DNA of 64,000 nucleotides from Promethearchaeota archaeon (GCA_030599585.1 JAUVNS010000007.1:96001-160000), one strand, 5' to 3'. Counted from the stretch's first letter, positions 20,916 to 30,618 are shown. Numbers and translations are program-made. The notes: generated by a model not told the origin, from the sequence alone.

Positions 20916-21719
20916 TTGTCTGAAAAAAAATATCGCGAAACTATTGCAGAAAAGATAGAAGTGGATGAAAACAAACAGTTTGTTATAAATCTACCTAATG
21001 GAGAACAAATATATGTTGAGTTAAACGACAAAGAGATTGATACCGTAGAAAATTGGTTTTCTTTATTTGGTAAACATAATTTAAGATTCGACATTTGGAA
21101 TATTTTACAAATATTTGAGGAAGCTAATGTAACTCAAATTAGCAGCATGGTAGAACAAAGTAAATCGACCGTGGCCAGACATCTCAATCTGATGGAAAGC
21201 GATGGTCTTATTTTATCAAGGAAATCTGATAAAACTCAACAAGGAAAAATACCTCCAAAACTATTTAGAGTAAACAGTAAGTTAGTTCAAGTAGTCGAGA
21301 ATAGCCCCGTAAATAAACCACCCCCCGACGATCCTTTAGAATTAATTGAATTCTATAAAAAAGAAATTCAAACCTATCGAGCATCTATTTATAGGTATAG
21401 ACTTTTACTTGATTCACTTGTTCCGTTGTTAGACGATTTAGAAGATCACCTTGATGATGTTGATGCCGCTAAAGATATTTATGAAAAATATTTCAATTTT
21501 ACTAGATTAACACCTTGGTTTGGTTTTTGCCACTTTAGCGATAAATATTATGAGCAATTCATGGATGCATATACTGAACATACACAAAAGCGTTTACAAT
21601 TATTATCAGTTCAAAATAATGATCCTGAGGTTAAAGAAAGAGAATATACTTATATCACCGCAATTTTGCCATTGAAAGCCCTAATTGAAATTTATCGGCG
21701 AAAATTGAAAGAAGAATAA
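20916..21719 (+). CDS. ArsR-like winged-helix transcriptional regulator
   Basis: NVTQISSMVEQSKSTVARHLNLME..GLI. Confidence 0.75.
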   Translation: MSEKKYRETIAEKIEVDENKQFVINLPNGEQIYVELNDKEIDTVENWFSLFGKHNLRFDIWNILQIFEEANVTQISSMVEQSKSTVARHLNLMESDGLILSRKSDKTQQGKIPPKLFRVNSKLVQVVENSPVNKPPPDDPLELIEFYKKEIQTYRASIYRYRLLLDSLVPLLDDLEDHLDDVDAAKDIYEKYFNFTRLTPWFGFCHFSDKYYEQFMDAYTEHTQKRLQLLSVQNNDPEVKEREYTYITAILPLKALIEIYRRKLKEE

Positions 21720-21847
21720 TCACTGTTTTGTCTAAATTGAGTGTCGTCATTTAAAAAAAAAAATAAAATAAAATAACTTATGTTAATTTAAAAAATAAAA
21801 AAAAATTATACTAAATACAATAAATCAAATTAGGTTAAAGATTAAAA

Positions 21848-22321
21848 ATGGCTCAAAATTTTAAATTTAATTTAGGGAATTTAAAAATAGATCAAATGAG
21901 TTTTGTTTACAAGGACATTAAAAAACAGGCAAAAAAAATGGAGCAGATATATAGTATTCCTACTTTCGCCCAGATGGAAAATATTACTCATCAAGAAGCT
22001 ACCTATCGCGGGAAAGAAGTAACAATCATAATAGATTATGCGTTTAGTCGTCTACTTAACATACAAATTGAACTTCAGCAGTGGAAAAGTGGAGATTCTC
22101 TTTTTAAAGAATTCATAGATCAAGGAAAAGAAGGACTTCATAGTATAGGTGTATATGTAGAGGATCTAGATGCATATATTGATGAATTCAAGAAAAGAGG
22201 GATTGAAGTATTACAAACTGGTCAAATTGGTAAACAAAAATTTGTTTATTTAGACACCAAACAAACTTTTGGTGTTTTATTAGAAATATCAACAACAGTG
22301 AAGCGACGAAGAAAAAAATAA
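21848..22321 (+). CDS. VOC family (methylmalonyl-CoA epimerase/glyoxalase-like)
   Basis: IDQMSFVYKD, QIEL, EGLHSIG, YLDT..GVLLE. Confidence 0.8.
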   Translation: MAQNFKFNLGNLKIDQMSFVYKDIKKQAKKMEQIYSIPTFAQMENITHQEATYRGKEVTIIIDYAFSRLLNIQIELQQWKSGDSLFKEFIDQGKEGLHSIGVYVEDLDAYIDEFKKRGIEVLQTGQIGKQKFVYLDTKQTFGVLLEISTTVKRRRKK

Positions 22322-22402
22322 AGTGTCTGTCAAACCTTAATCAATAATTTTGATGTTTTTTTCTTAGTTATCCTTTTTAAATTTAAAAAAAAGAAATGGA
22401 AA

Positions 22403-23257
22403 CTAAATTTTTCTTCCTGTTTTTCGCCTTGCTCTTTTATAAAGTCTATCTAATACACCACGCATATCATCTGGGTTCGCTCTCATATCTTTTATTTGAA
22501 TAGCGGCTTCACCTGGTAAAATTTCAAAACTTCCTTCTAAAATACTTTGAATAAATTCATTAGCTACTTCCTCTGCCGTCATAAGTGTACCTGAATCTGA
22601 AATTATTTTGCATTCTTGTGGCTTAATCCTATTTTCTTCAGCAAAACCGGGAGTTTCAGTATCTACAGGAAAAAGGATTGAGACTTTGATATTATAGGGT
22701 AATAATTCGTGTCGTAATACTTCTGCTAAGCCAAAAATAGCATATTTACTTGGACAATAAGTTGTAAAGCCCATAATTGCCATAAATCCCATAACTGAAG
22801 AAGTAAATGTAATATATCCTTGTTTACACTCTAAAAAATAGGGTAATACAATAAGAGTAGGAACTAACTGACCATAATAATTTATATCCATGTTTCTTTT
22901 AAAGTCTTCAAGAGCCAATTGTTCAAGATATTGCGCATAAGCATAACCTACGAAATTAAATAGATAATCTGGAACTTTATGTTTATTAATAACATCTGTT
23001 ATAAGTGGTTTTAATTTATCCATATCTGTAGTATCGCAGGAAATAATCTCTACAAATTGTGATGCGTCTGATTTTAACTTATAACATTCCTCTTGAGTTT
23101 TATTTAATGCATCAATTCCTCTCGCTATAATACAGATACTCCCTCCTAATTGAATAAATAACTTTGCTGTAGCTTTCCCCATCCCTTTGGAACCACCGGG
23201 AATTATCGCGAACTTTCCTTTAAAGGGTTGTTGAGCTATTAATTCTTCATTCACCAT
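22403..23257 (-). CDS. SDR oxidoreductase, 3-ketodihydrosphingosine reductase (KDSR)-like
   Basis: GGSKGMG, YCPSK, FPVDTETPGFAEENRIKP. Confidence 0.75.
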   Translation of the reverse strand: MVNEELIAQQPFKGKFAIIPGGSKGMGKATAKLFIQLGGSICIIARGIDALNKTQEECYKLKSDASQFVEIISCDTTDMDKLKPLITDVINKHKVPDYLFNFVGYAYAQYLEQLALEDFKRNMDINYYGQLVPTLIVLPYFLECKQGYITFTSSVMGFMAIMGFTTYCPSKYAIFGLAEVLRHELLPYNIKVSILFPVDTETPGFAEENRIKPQECKIISDSGTLMTAEEVANEFIQSILEGSFEILPGEAAIQIKDMRANPDDMRGVLDRLYKRARRKTGRKI

Positions 23258-23368
23258 TTTAAATCAATTATATTTATATTCATTTCAATTTAAAACTTAA
23301 TATTTAAGCTTTAAAGATGGTTCTTGATTCTTATGAAGTTAAAATAAAAAAAAAGAATAATCAATCTT

Positions 23369-24190
23369 TTAGTATTCAACCTCTTTTAGCTTATGAGGTG
23401 GGACACCAACATCAGCAGTTCCGCCGTCAATAGGAAAACAATGACCTGTAATATAATTTGAAGCAGGTGATGCTAAAAATACAACTACATTTACTACATC
23501 TTCAACCGTTCCAATTCTGACTTGAGGAATTTTAACTTTACCATCTCTCATCGTGACTCTCATCGCTTCCTCGTCGTCTAAATATACACCCGTGACGTGA
23601 AATCCCGGAGCTATTGAATTTACGGTAATATTTGGAGCTAAACTTTTTGCTAATAGTTGAGTTAATGCTATAATCCCCGCTTTTGTAATGCTGTATGCTG
23701 GAATCATGGGATCGACAACCATTCCAGCTGTAGAAGCTGTATTTATCATCCTACCCGCTAATTCTTCTCCTTCAAATTTTTGAGCTTTCATTTTTCTCCA
23801 TAGTGATTTGGCGACCAGCCACTGACCTTTGAGATTCACGTCCATAATCCTGTCCCAATCATCTTCTTTTACTCTACAGATATTTCTCCCGTAACTCACT
23901 CCAATTCCAGCGTTATTGAATAGGACAAACACATTTTCTAATTCTTTAAACGCTTGTTTTGCCATCGCTTCAACTTGATCGGATTTTGAAACATCACAAA
24001 TAAGAGGTATGACGGTTCTTCCAGTTTTTTTTCTTATTTTTTCAGCAGTATCTTCAAGTAGCTGTTGATTTATGTCGACTAATACCAAGTTTGCACCTTG
24101 TTCTGCGAAAGCATAAGCCACTCCTCTCCCAAATCCGCTAGCCCCTCCGGTGATTAGAGCCCCCTTTCCTTCTAGAAACTTTTCAACCAT
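23369..24190 (-). CDS. SDR oxidoreductase, FabG-like
   Basis: TGGASGFG, NNAG, YSITK. Confidence 0.9.
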   Translation of the reverse strand: MVEKFLEGKGALITGGASGFGRGVAYAFAEQGANLVLVDINQQLLEDTAEKIRKKTGRTVIPLICDVSKSDQVEAMAKQAFKELENVFVLFNNAGIGVSYGRNICRVKEDDWDRIMDVNLKGQWLVAKSLWRKMKAQKFEGEELAGRMINTASTAGMVVDPMIPAYSITKAGIIALTQLLAKSLAPNITVNSIAPGFHVTGVYLDDEEAMRVTMRDGKVKIPQVRIGTVEDVVNVVVFLASPASNYITGHCFPIDGGTADVGVPPHKLKEVEY

Positions 24191-24330
24191 ATTATTTCAT
24201 TTTTTTATTTTATTTTATATGTTTTATTTTGTCTTTCTTTCCTTTATATTTTTAATTCTAGGAATAGTTACAAAAAGAAGATAAATAGGACAATCAAAAT
24301 TATTAATTTCTATAAAATAGATGTATACAT

Positions 24331-24387
24331 AGAAACCCGAGCAGGGTAGTCCTCAAACGTCTAGATTTTATACGCTTGAATCATTCA
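24331..24387 (-). ncRNA. Eukaryote-type SECIS-like element plus adjacent hairpin
   Basis: Minus strand: ATGA(24384)-TTCAAGCGT-ATAAAATCTAG-ACGTTTGAG-GA, then ACCC-TGCTC-GGGT. Confidence 0.85.
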
Positions 24388-24403
24388 ATTTTTATTTTTG
24401 AAA

Positions 24404-24910
24404 TTAATTTGGTAAATGAGTATCAATCGCATTTAGAATATCTTCAATTTTTGGTCTATCTGTTTTAGTACCGATATACCGCCACACGATTTTACCATTT
24501 GGATCTATTAAGTAAGTTGAAGGGATTGCGAGCTCGCTTTTAATTATATCGTAATCTATTGGAATTCCAAAGACATTATAATCTTTTGAAATCTTTGCTT
24601 GTTCGTCTGCTATAATTGAGAACTTATAGTTTTCCTTATCGGCAAGCTTTTTTAAAGGTCTTACTCTATCCGTTCCGATCGATACAAATTTTACATTTCT
24701 CATTTCAATGTCAGAAATATTACTATTTAGTTTTTTTAGTTGTTTCTTTCAATAGTGTCACCAAGCACCTCGGAAAAAATCGATTAATAATCCACGATAT
24801 TCTTGAAGAATGTCTGTTAAATTAATTTTTTCTCCATGAATATCAACACTATCAATCATTGGTGCCTTGCTTCCTGTCTTTAAACCTTTTTCAGAATTTG
24901 AGACAGTCAT
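24404..24910 (-). CDS. Peroxiredoxin-like selenoprotein with UxxU motif, 168 aa
   Basis: ATG 24910 is in frame with track ORF 24703; TGA at codons 51 and 54 (24760-24758, 24751-24749) in DFFRGAW-U-HY-U-KKQL; paralog of 13982-14491; 3' SECIS. Confidence 0.88.
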
Positions 24911-25043
24911 TATACCGTAAAGAAAAATGCTTTGAATTTAAAAAAAATTCTGATGAATTATAAAACTTGCCCAATAAGAAGAAAAACTAGAGGCAAATAT
25001 TTATTTATATAGCTCATTTTAAGATTTATTATAGACAATTCAA

Positions 25044-26636
25044 GTGATTAAAAAAATGGTAGATAAAGTTATTCCATTTCTTATTAATGTAGGGGAAGTT
25101 ATTCCCACTCGCTCAAAAGCTACATTATTAGATGAGATGGCGATGGCATTAAATGAATGTATAAACATTTATGGAAAAACAATTAAGAAGTTAGGAAAAA
25201 TTAATAGAATATCACTATGCTTTTGGCCCGTTCGTTTAATTCCTTTAAGCGATACTCGTGCTTGTGTTTGTAGTTATTTACTAAATAAACAAGAAAAATT
25301 AAGCGTAGGAAAATTCTCCCAAACACCTCCCACTCCTGATAATCTTATTCAAGGGGCAGATCCTACATCTTTTTTAAATTCATTAGCGTCGTATAATGCT
25401 ACTTACTTAAAAAAAACAAAAAATTATAAGAGAGGTACGGTTATTCAAGAAGCTCTATTTAGTTCTAGTGAAGTTGATTATTTTAAGAACTTTTTCTTAA
25501 ATCAATACAATGTTAGTTCATTTAGCGAGCCATATTTTCTTTTAGAAGGTGGGCCAATACCAAAAAGCATTAACCAAGCAAAAATTGTCCCAGAGGTATT
25601 TGAGTTCATCTCGCAAGCGGATGTTAAACTATTAGATAATTATGGTCAAAATATCATAAAATTGTGTGATAGATGGATTCAGAGAGGTGCTCAAGATACA
25701 GACAAATTAAGAACAAAGAAAGTTGACACCAGCGAAGAAGAAAAACAACTAGCTCAAATTACGAGAGAACTTGAGACTGAAAAAGCACGAAAAATAGAAT
25801 CTACGCCAGAGGAATTAGTCAAAAGTGGAAAATATAAGATTGGTGATAAGACTGGCGACTTTTACAATAATATTAGTGCTATTAAAAATACCGTCGATCG
25901 TCTTAAGAATGCTAACAACAAAAACGACCTATTTGCAGTGGAAGAAGCATTGAAAGATCTGAACATAAAATACAAGGATTTAGGAAACACTATTAGCCGA
26001 TATCAAACTGAAATTACTCAAATAAAGAAAAATATTCAACGAGAATTAAACGATTTAGAAAGATCGAAGCAACAGAGAATAAGAGAGCTTGAAAGAAAAA
26101 AATCTGAGATAGAACGTAAAATTCAAACAAAACACAGTGAGCTAAGTGGAGATCTTACTTCTGCCGAAGATACTGTAGCAAGAATCAAACAGGAAAAACA
26201 ATCTTGCTTAGATAATATCGATAGAATCAAGGATATAGAGATGACTAGCGTTCAGAACTTTTTTAATACTTATTCAATCGAAGTAAGAACTAAAGATGTT
26301 GTGGTAGGAGTGCCTATGTTCGTTTTCTATTTTATCGATCCGAATACGCGTCGAACTACTGAAAGGGCTCCCGTGTTACCTATACTAATCGAAAATGGAA
26401 AAATCCACCGAACAAAAGTGACCGATTCATTTAGAAGTAATTTACGGAATCTCATGAATAAAGACAATGCTATGATAAATTTAGTTGACAACGGAGGAGA
26501 AACGGGGAATTTAATGGAGATTAAAAATATAGATTCTAAACTCGAGGATGCAATTAATGACTTACGAATAAGGAAAGTTTTAAGTAAGAAAGAAGCTGAA
26601 AGAGATAAAGATATTATATATAATCTAGTATGGTAA
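25044..26636 (+). CDS. Hypothetical protein with long central coiled coil
   Basis: Charged heptad-rich region from ~aa 225-410. Confidence 0.75.
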   Translation: MIKKMVDKVIPFLINVGEVIPTRSKATLLDEMAMALNECINIYGKTIKKLGKINRISLCFWPVRLIPLSDTRACVCSYLLNKQEKLSVGKFSQTPPTPDNLIQGADPTSFLNSLASYNATYLKKTKNYKRGTVIQEALFSSSEVDYFKNFFLNQYNVSSFSEPYFLLEGGPIPKSINQAKIVPEVFEFISQADVKLLDNYGQNIIKLCDRWIQRGAQDTDKLRTKKVDTSEEEKQLAQITRELETEKARKIESTPEELVKSGKYKIGDKTGDFYNNISAIKNTVDRLKNANNKNDLFAVEEALKDLNIKYKDLGNTISRYQTEITQIKKNIQRELNDLERSKQQRIRELERKKSEIERKIQTKHSELSGDLTSAEDTVARIKQEKQSCLDNIDRIKDIEMTSVQNFFNTYSIEVRTKDVVVGVPMFVFYFIDPNTRRTTERAPVLPILIENGKIHRTKVTDSFRSNLRNLMNKDNAMINLVDNGGETGNLMEIKNIDSKLEDAINDLRIRKVLSKKEAERDKDIIYNLVW

Positions 26637-26687
26637 TTTGATTTACTCTCTTTTTTTTTATTATATTTTCATCATTTTACAGATCAA

Positions 26688-26870
26688 TTAAACTTCCATG
26701 TAGTTCATCTTTTGACCGCAGCATTCTGGAATTGGTTGATAACCACACTCTTTCGATTGGCAACAACATAACATATAATTGTCTTTGACCATCATAGATT
26801 GTTCGCAACATACTGGCACATCAGTTTCATTTCCACAAATGTCACATTTTAATTTTGGCATTACTATCAA
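26688..26870 (-). CDS. Small Cys-rich metal-binding protein (tandem desulforedoxin-like motifs)
   Basis: CDICG..PVCCEQSM and CCCQSKECG..PECCGQKM; SD-like GGAG upstream. Confidence 0.65.
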   Translation of the reverse strand: MIVMPKLKCDICGNETDVPVCCEQSMMVKDNYMLCCCQSKECGYQPIPECCGQKMNYMEV

Positions 26871-27093
26871 CTCCTATTCATAAATAACCTATCTTTCAGA
26901 TACTATTATGAATAGAAAAAAGCTTGGTTTATTTTATATAATTAACTCGAATGACTCTTTTTTAAAATAAAGGTAATTTTTCTCGAAGGATTGTGTTTTA
27001 TTAGAATGATTAACATTCTTGAATTTCATTTAAAAAGATTCAATAATTATGTTTCTTACTAATTCTCATTATTGAAATGGATGGAAATGTATC

Positions 27094-28338
27094 TTGGCAA
27101 ATAAATTAAATCTAGAACACTCTAATAGATTATATAAAGAGGCGTTAGGCTTAATCCCTGGCGCCATTTTAGGAATAAGACGGCCTTACAACTTTGTTGA
27201 GGGCGAATATCCGATTTTTTTTGAGACCGCTAAGGGAGGAAAAGTTACTGATGTTGATGGAAACGAGTATCTCGATATGCTTTGTGCATATGGGCCAATT
27301 ATTATAGGGCACAGGGAAGAAGAAATCGATAATGCCGTAATCGATCAAATAAGAAATAAAGGCTTTTGTATGTCGTTAACCCAACAAATACAAAACAAAT
27401 TGGCAAAGAAATTAAGAGAGTTAATACCATGTTGTGAAAAAATGGTGTTTGTAAAAACCGGTTCTGATGCTACTACAATTGGTGTTCGCGTTGCTCGTGG
27501 GTACACAAAACGAACGAAAATATTACGGTGCGGTTACCATGGCTGGCATTCTTGGTGCGTCGAAAGTAAAGGTGGAATTCCCAAAAAACTCTACGAAGAT
27601 GTCCATGAATTTGAATATAATAACCTTGAAAAAGTAACTCAAATGATGCAAGAATATGGCAACAAGGTAGCTGCCATAATTATCACTCCTATTAATCATC
27701 CAGGAGCTCATGAATTAGAAATGCCAAAACCTGGTTTTTTAGAAGGACTCCGTGAATTAGCAGATAAATACGGTTCTGTTTTAATATATGACGAAATCCG
27801 CACAGGTTTTAGAGTCAATCTTGGGGGTGCTCAGAAAGAGTTAGGCGTAATACCAGATCTCGGAGCTTTCGGTAAAGCTATGGCTAACGGGTATCCTGTT
27901 AGCTTCCTTGGAGGTAAAGAGGAGATAATGGATGCATTAATCGAAGATGTTTTTCTAAGTTCGACCTTCTTTCCAAATAGTTTACCACAAGTAGCTGCTC
28001 TTAAAACCATCGAAATTATGCAGAGGGACGATGTTTTAGGCAATATACGCAAAAAAGGTGAGAAATTTACTAAAAATATTACAGAAATCATTGAAGAAAG
28101 TGGGGTTCCATGTGCATTTTCAGGAGGACCATGGATGCCATATATAACTTTTGATCCCGATCCTAACCACTTATATCGGAAACTAAGGGAAGAGTTTTAT
28201 AGACAATTGATTCGAAGAAAAATCTTCCTTCAACCATATCATCACGGTTATATCTGCTATAGGCACACAGATGAAGATTTAAATAATGCGGCCAATCAGA
28301 TTGCTGAATCTTTAAAAGAATGTAAAAAGTTAATGTGA
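27094..28338 (+). CDS. kat: Class III aminotransferase, 3-aminobutyryl-CoA aminotransferase-like
   Basis: GIRRPYNFVEGEYPIFF, DEIRTGFR, GKAMANG, FLSSTFF, QPYHHGYICYRHTDED resemble recalled Cloacimonas Kat; adjacent to kce. Confidence 0.8.
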   Translation: MANKLNLEHSNRLYKEALGLIPGAILGIRRPYNFVEGEYPIFFETAKGGKVTDVDGNEYLDMLCAYGPIIIGHREEEIDNAVIDQIRNKGFCMSLTQQIQNKLAKKLRELIPCCEKMVFVKTGSDATTIGVRVARGYTKRTKILRCGYHGWHSWCVESKGGIPKKLYEDVHEFEYNNLEKVTQMMQEYGNKVAAIIITPINHPGAHELEMPKPGFLEGLRELADKYGSVLIYDEIRTGFRVNLGGAQKELGVIPDLGAFGKAMANGYPVSFLGGKEEIMDALIEDVFLSSTFFPNSLPQVAALKTIEIMQRDDVLGNIRKKGEKFTKNITEIIEESGVPCAFSGGPWMPYITFDPDPNHLYRKLREEFYRQLIRRKIFLQPYHHGYICYRHTDEDLNNAANQIAESLKECKKLM

Positions 28339-28389
28339 ATAGTAAATTTTGAATTGAAATTAAAGAACATAAAGTAACAATATCTGCTA

Positions 28390-29220
28390 ATGGAAAAGTT
28401 AATTATAACAGCTGCAATTTGTGGTGCTGAAGTATCAAAAGATAATAATCCAAACGTACCTTATACTGTGAGAGAAATTGGTATCGAGGCAGAAAAGGCG
28501 TTCTTAGCTGGTGCGAGTATTATCCATCTACACGTAAGAGAAGACGACGGAACCCCTACTCAAGATATAAAACGTTTCCAAGAAAGTGTCAGTGAAATTA
28601 AAAGCAGATGTCCAGATGTTATCATTCAGCCGTCAACTGGGGGGGCTATTGGAATGAGTAATGAAGAGAGATTACAACCCCTTTTTATGGACCCACACCC
28701 CGAAATGGCTACACTTGATTGTGGAACAATGAATTTTGGCGGAGATGACATTTTCGTTAACACAGAAAATACGATTATCCACTTTGCTAAAGAAATGAAT
28801 TCGCGAGGAATTAAACCAGAGTTAGAGTGCTTTGACAAGGGAATGATTGATATGGCCTTAAAACTTAATAAGAAAGGATATATTAAAGAACCAATGCATT
28901 TTAATTTTGTATTAGGCGTTAACGGTGGGATTACCGCAACTCCACGGGATTTAATTTATATGGTAAATAGCATACCAAAAAGTTCTACATTTACCGTTTG
29001 CGCAATAGGAAGACATGAGTTTCCTATGGTTACGTTGTCAATAGTTTTAGGAGGGCATGCGAGAGTAGGATTTGAAGATAACATCTATCTTTCAAAGGGA
29101 GTCTTAGCTAATTCCAACAAAGAATTAGTAGAAAAAGTGGTAAGGATTTCAAAAGAGTTAGGTAGGGAAATTGCCTCTCCATTCGATGCTAGAAAAATAT
29201 TGAATCTAAAGAGTGAATAA
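28390..29220 (+). CDS. kce: 3-keto-5-aminohexanoate cleavage enzyme (DUF849)
   Basis: KLIITAAICGAE, IIHLHVR, STGG, RVGFED. Confidence 0.88.
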   Translation: MEKLIITAAICGAEVSKDNNPNVPYTVREIGIEAEKAFLAGASIIHLHVREDDGTPTQDIKRFQESVSEIKSRCPDVIIQPSTGGAIGMSNEERLQPLFMDPHPEMATLDCGTMNFGGDDIFVNTENTIIHFAKEMNSRGIKPELECFDKGMIDMALKLNKKGYIKEPMHFNFVLGVNGGITATPRDLIYMVNSIPKSSTFTVCAIGRHEFPMVTLSIVLGGHARVGFEDNIYLSKGVLANSNKELVEKVVRISKELGREIASPFDARKILNLKSE

Positions 29221-29466
29221 TTTTTCATTTATATTTTTATCAAAAATGTTCTGTTTTTTTAAAACTTAAAAAAAAAATAAAATAAATTAAAGGAGTTGTA
29301 ATGATTTGAATTTTTTTAATAGTTTTCTTGCTTCTTCTTCTTCTTTATCAAAAGTTAGATAAAATTATATACAAAAATGTCTTATTTTTTTTTGTAATCC
29401 GATTTCTTGAAAAATAAAATAAAACCTAAATTTAAAAAAAAGAGTTGAATAAAAAAAATATTTGAG

Positions 29467-30174
29467 GTGAAAATGGTGGCGAAAATGAAATTAAAAGTGA
29501 CTACAGCACTGATCGCTGCATTATTTTTAATAAGTGCCATAACAATTGTTACACCGGTGAAAGCTGCTGATCCTAATCGCATCTTAATGATTGATTTCAT
29601 GGCAAAAGGGGATGACTTAGATATTTCTGGAGCTACTAATTCTATCATTGGGAAGATTGTATACGATAAAGTCAGTGGTAACCCTTTGGTACAAGTAGAA
29701 TTCCATTCAAAAATCTATGATGAATCAGGTAAAAAAGTATATGCGATGAAAGGAAAGCTCAAAGATGGATTTCTTCTAATGACCGAGTTTAATTTTTATT
29801 GCCCAATCTTTAATGTCTGGTTTATTAACGTTTGGTGGGTCATGGGTGAGGGATTGGTTAAAACTACTGATATCGATTTCCCGGTATTTTTTCGAAATTC
29901 GTTTCCAATAACCCTGCCAAATACTGGAGGTAAATACGTATCAGCACAGATTTTAATGTTTCTAAGTCCTACAGCTGAATATTGTTTAGAAGATCCCGGA
30001 ACATATCCCCCAGGAACAGAAAATCCAGTTTATATTTTGCCAGAAGGAGGATGGGTCCTTGCTGCGGTTATGTGGGATGTTGGCATCCCAATGGATGTGG
30101 GGTTTGGATTTGGTATATTGCCGGTCGGTCCGGTATCCTATTTGACAAAATACATGGAAAAATGGGTCCCATAA
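29467..30174 (+). CDS. Secreted hypothetical protein, paralog of 19950-20573
   Basis: Signal peptide and shared blocks. Confidence 0.75.
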   Translation: MKMVAKMKLKVTTALIAALFLISAITIVTPVKAADPNRILMIDFMAKGDDLDISGATNSIIGKIVYDKVSGNPLVQVEFHSKIYDESGKKVYAMKGKLKDGFLLMTEFNFYCPIFNVWFINVWWVMGEGLVKTTDIDFPVFFRNSFPITLPNTGGKYVSAQILMFLSPTAEYCLEDPGTYPPGTENPVYILPEGGWVLAAVMWDVGIPMDVGFGFGILPVGPVSYLTKYMEKWVP

Positions 30175-30269
30175 GCCTAAGTCAATCGTAACAGATAAGA
30201 AATATATTCTAAAATCTTTTTTTTTTTAAAAACAGTTCTAATCTACAGTCATTTAGATTATAATACGTA

Positions 30270-30334
30270 GAGAGCTTTCGGGCGACTTATTTAGCCTGCC
30301 GCTCTCAACAGCACGAGTGTGTGGCGCTCGAAAG
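30270..30334. other. GC-rich structured element abutting a truncated gene
   Basis: GAGAGC/GCTCTC and CTTTCGGGCG/CGCTCGAAAG complementarities in AT-rich context. Confidence 0.5.
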
Positions 30335-30618
30335 AGGAACTGATACCTGATTTGAGAAAGCACATAAAGGTTTTAGACATCTCTACTCCTGCCACATATG
30401 CTCGCTATTCTGGCTCGATTTCAGGAGCAGTTTACGATATGGTGCCCTATCCAGACAATTTTGGTAGAAAAAGGCTCAAAATGAGAACTCCTATTAAGGG
30501 CTTGTTTCAACCTAAATTCGTTCATGGCGTGTTTGGATGTTTGCTTGCTGGAATGCAAGTAAATGATATGATTCTCAATAGAAAGATCATGGATGGGAAT
30601 GCAAGATATAAACCTTAA
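30334..30618 (+). pseudogene. C-terminal fragment of a phytoene-desaturase-like FAD oxidoreductase
   Basis: IPDLRKHI..STPATYARY..GAVY..RTPIKGLF; the N-terminal Rossmann domain is absent. Confidence 0.7.

Noticed and set aside
13982-24910. In-frame TGAs read as pseudogenes or as UGA=Trp/Gly reassignment
   Set aside because: The TGAs fall only at redox Cys positions, both genes have SECIS-like elements, and TGA terminates other genes in the window
27094-28338. Glutamate-1-semialdehyde aminomutase (hemL)
   Set aside because: Motifs and kce adjacency fit Kat better; no hem genes nearby
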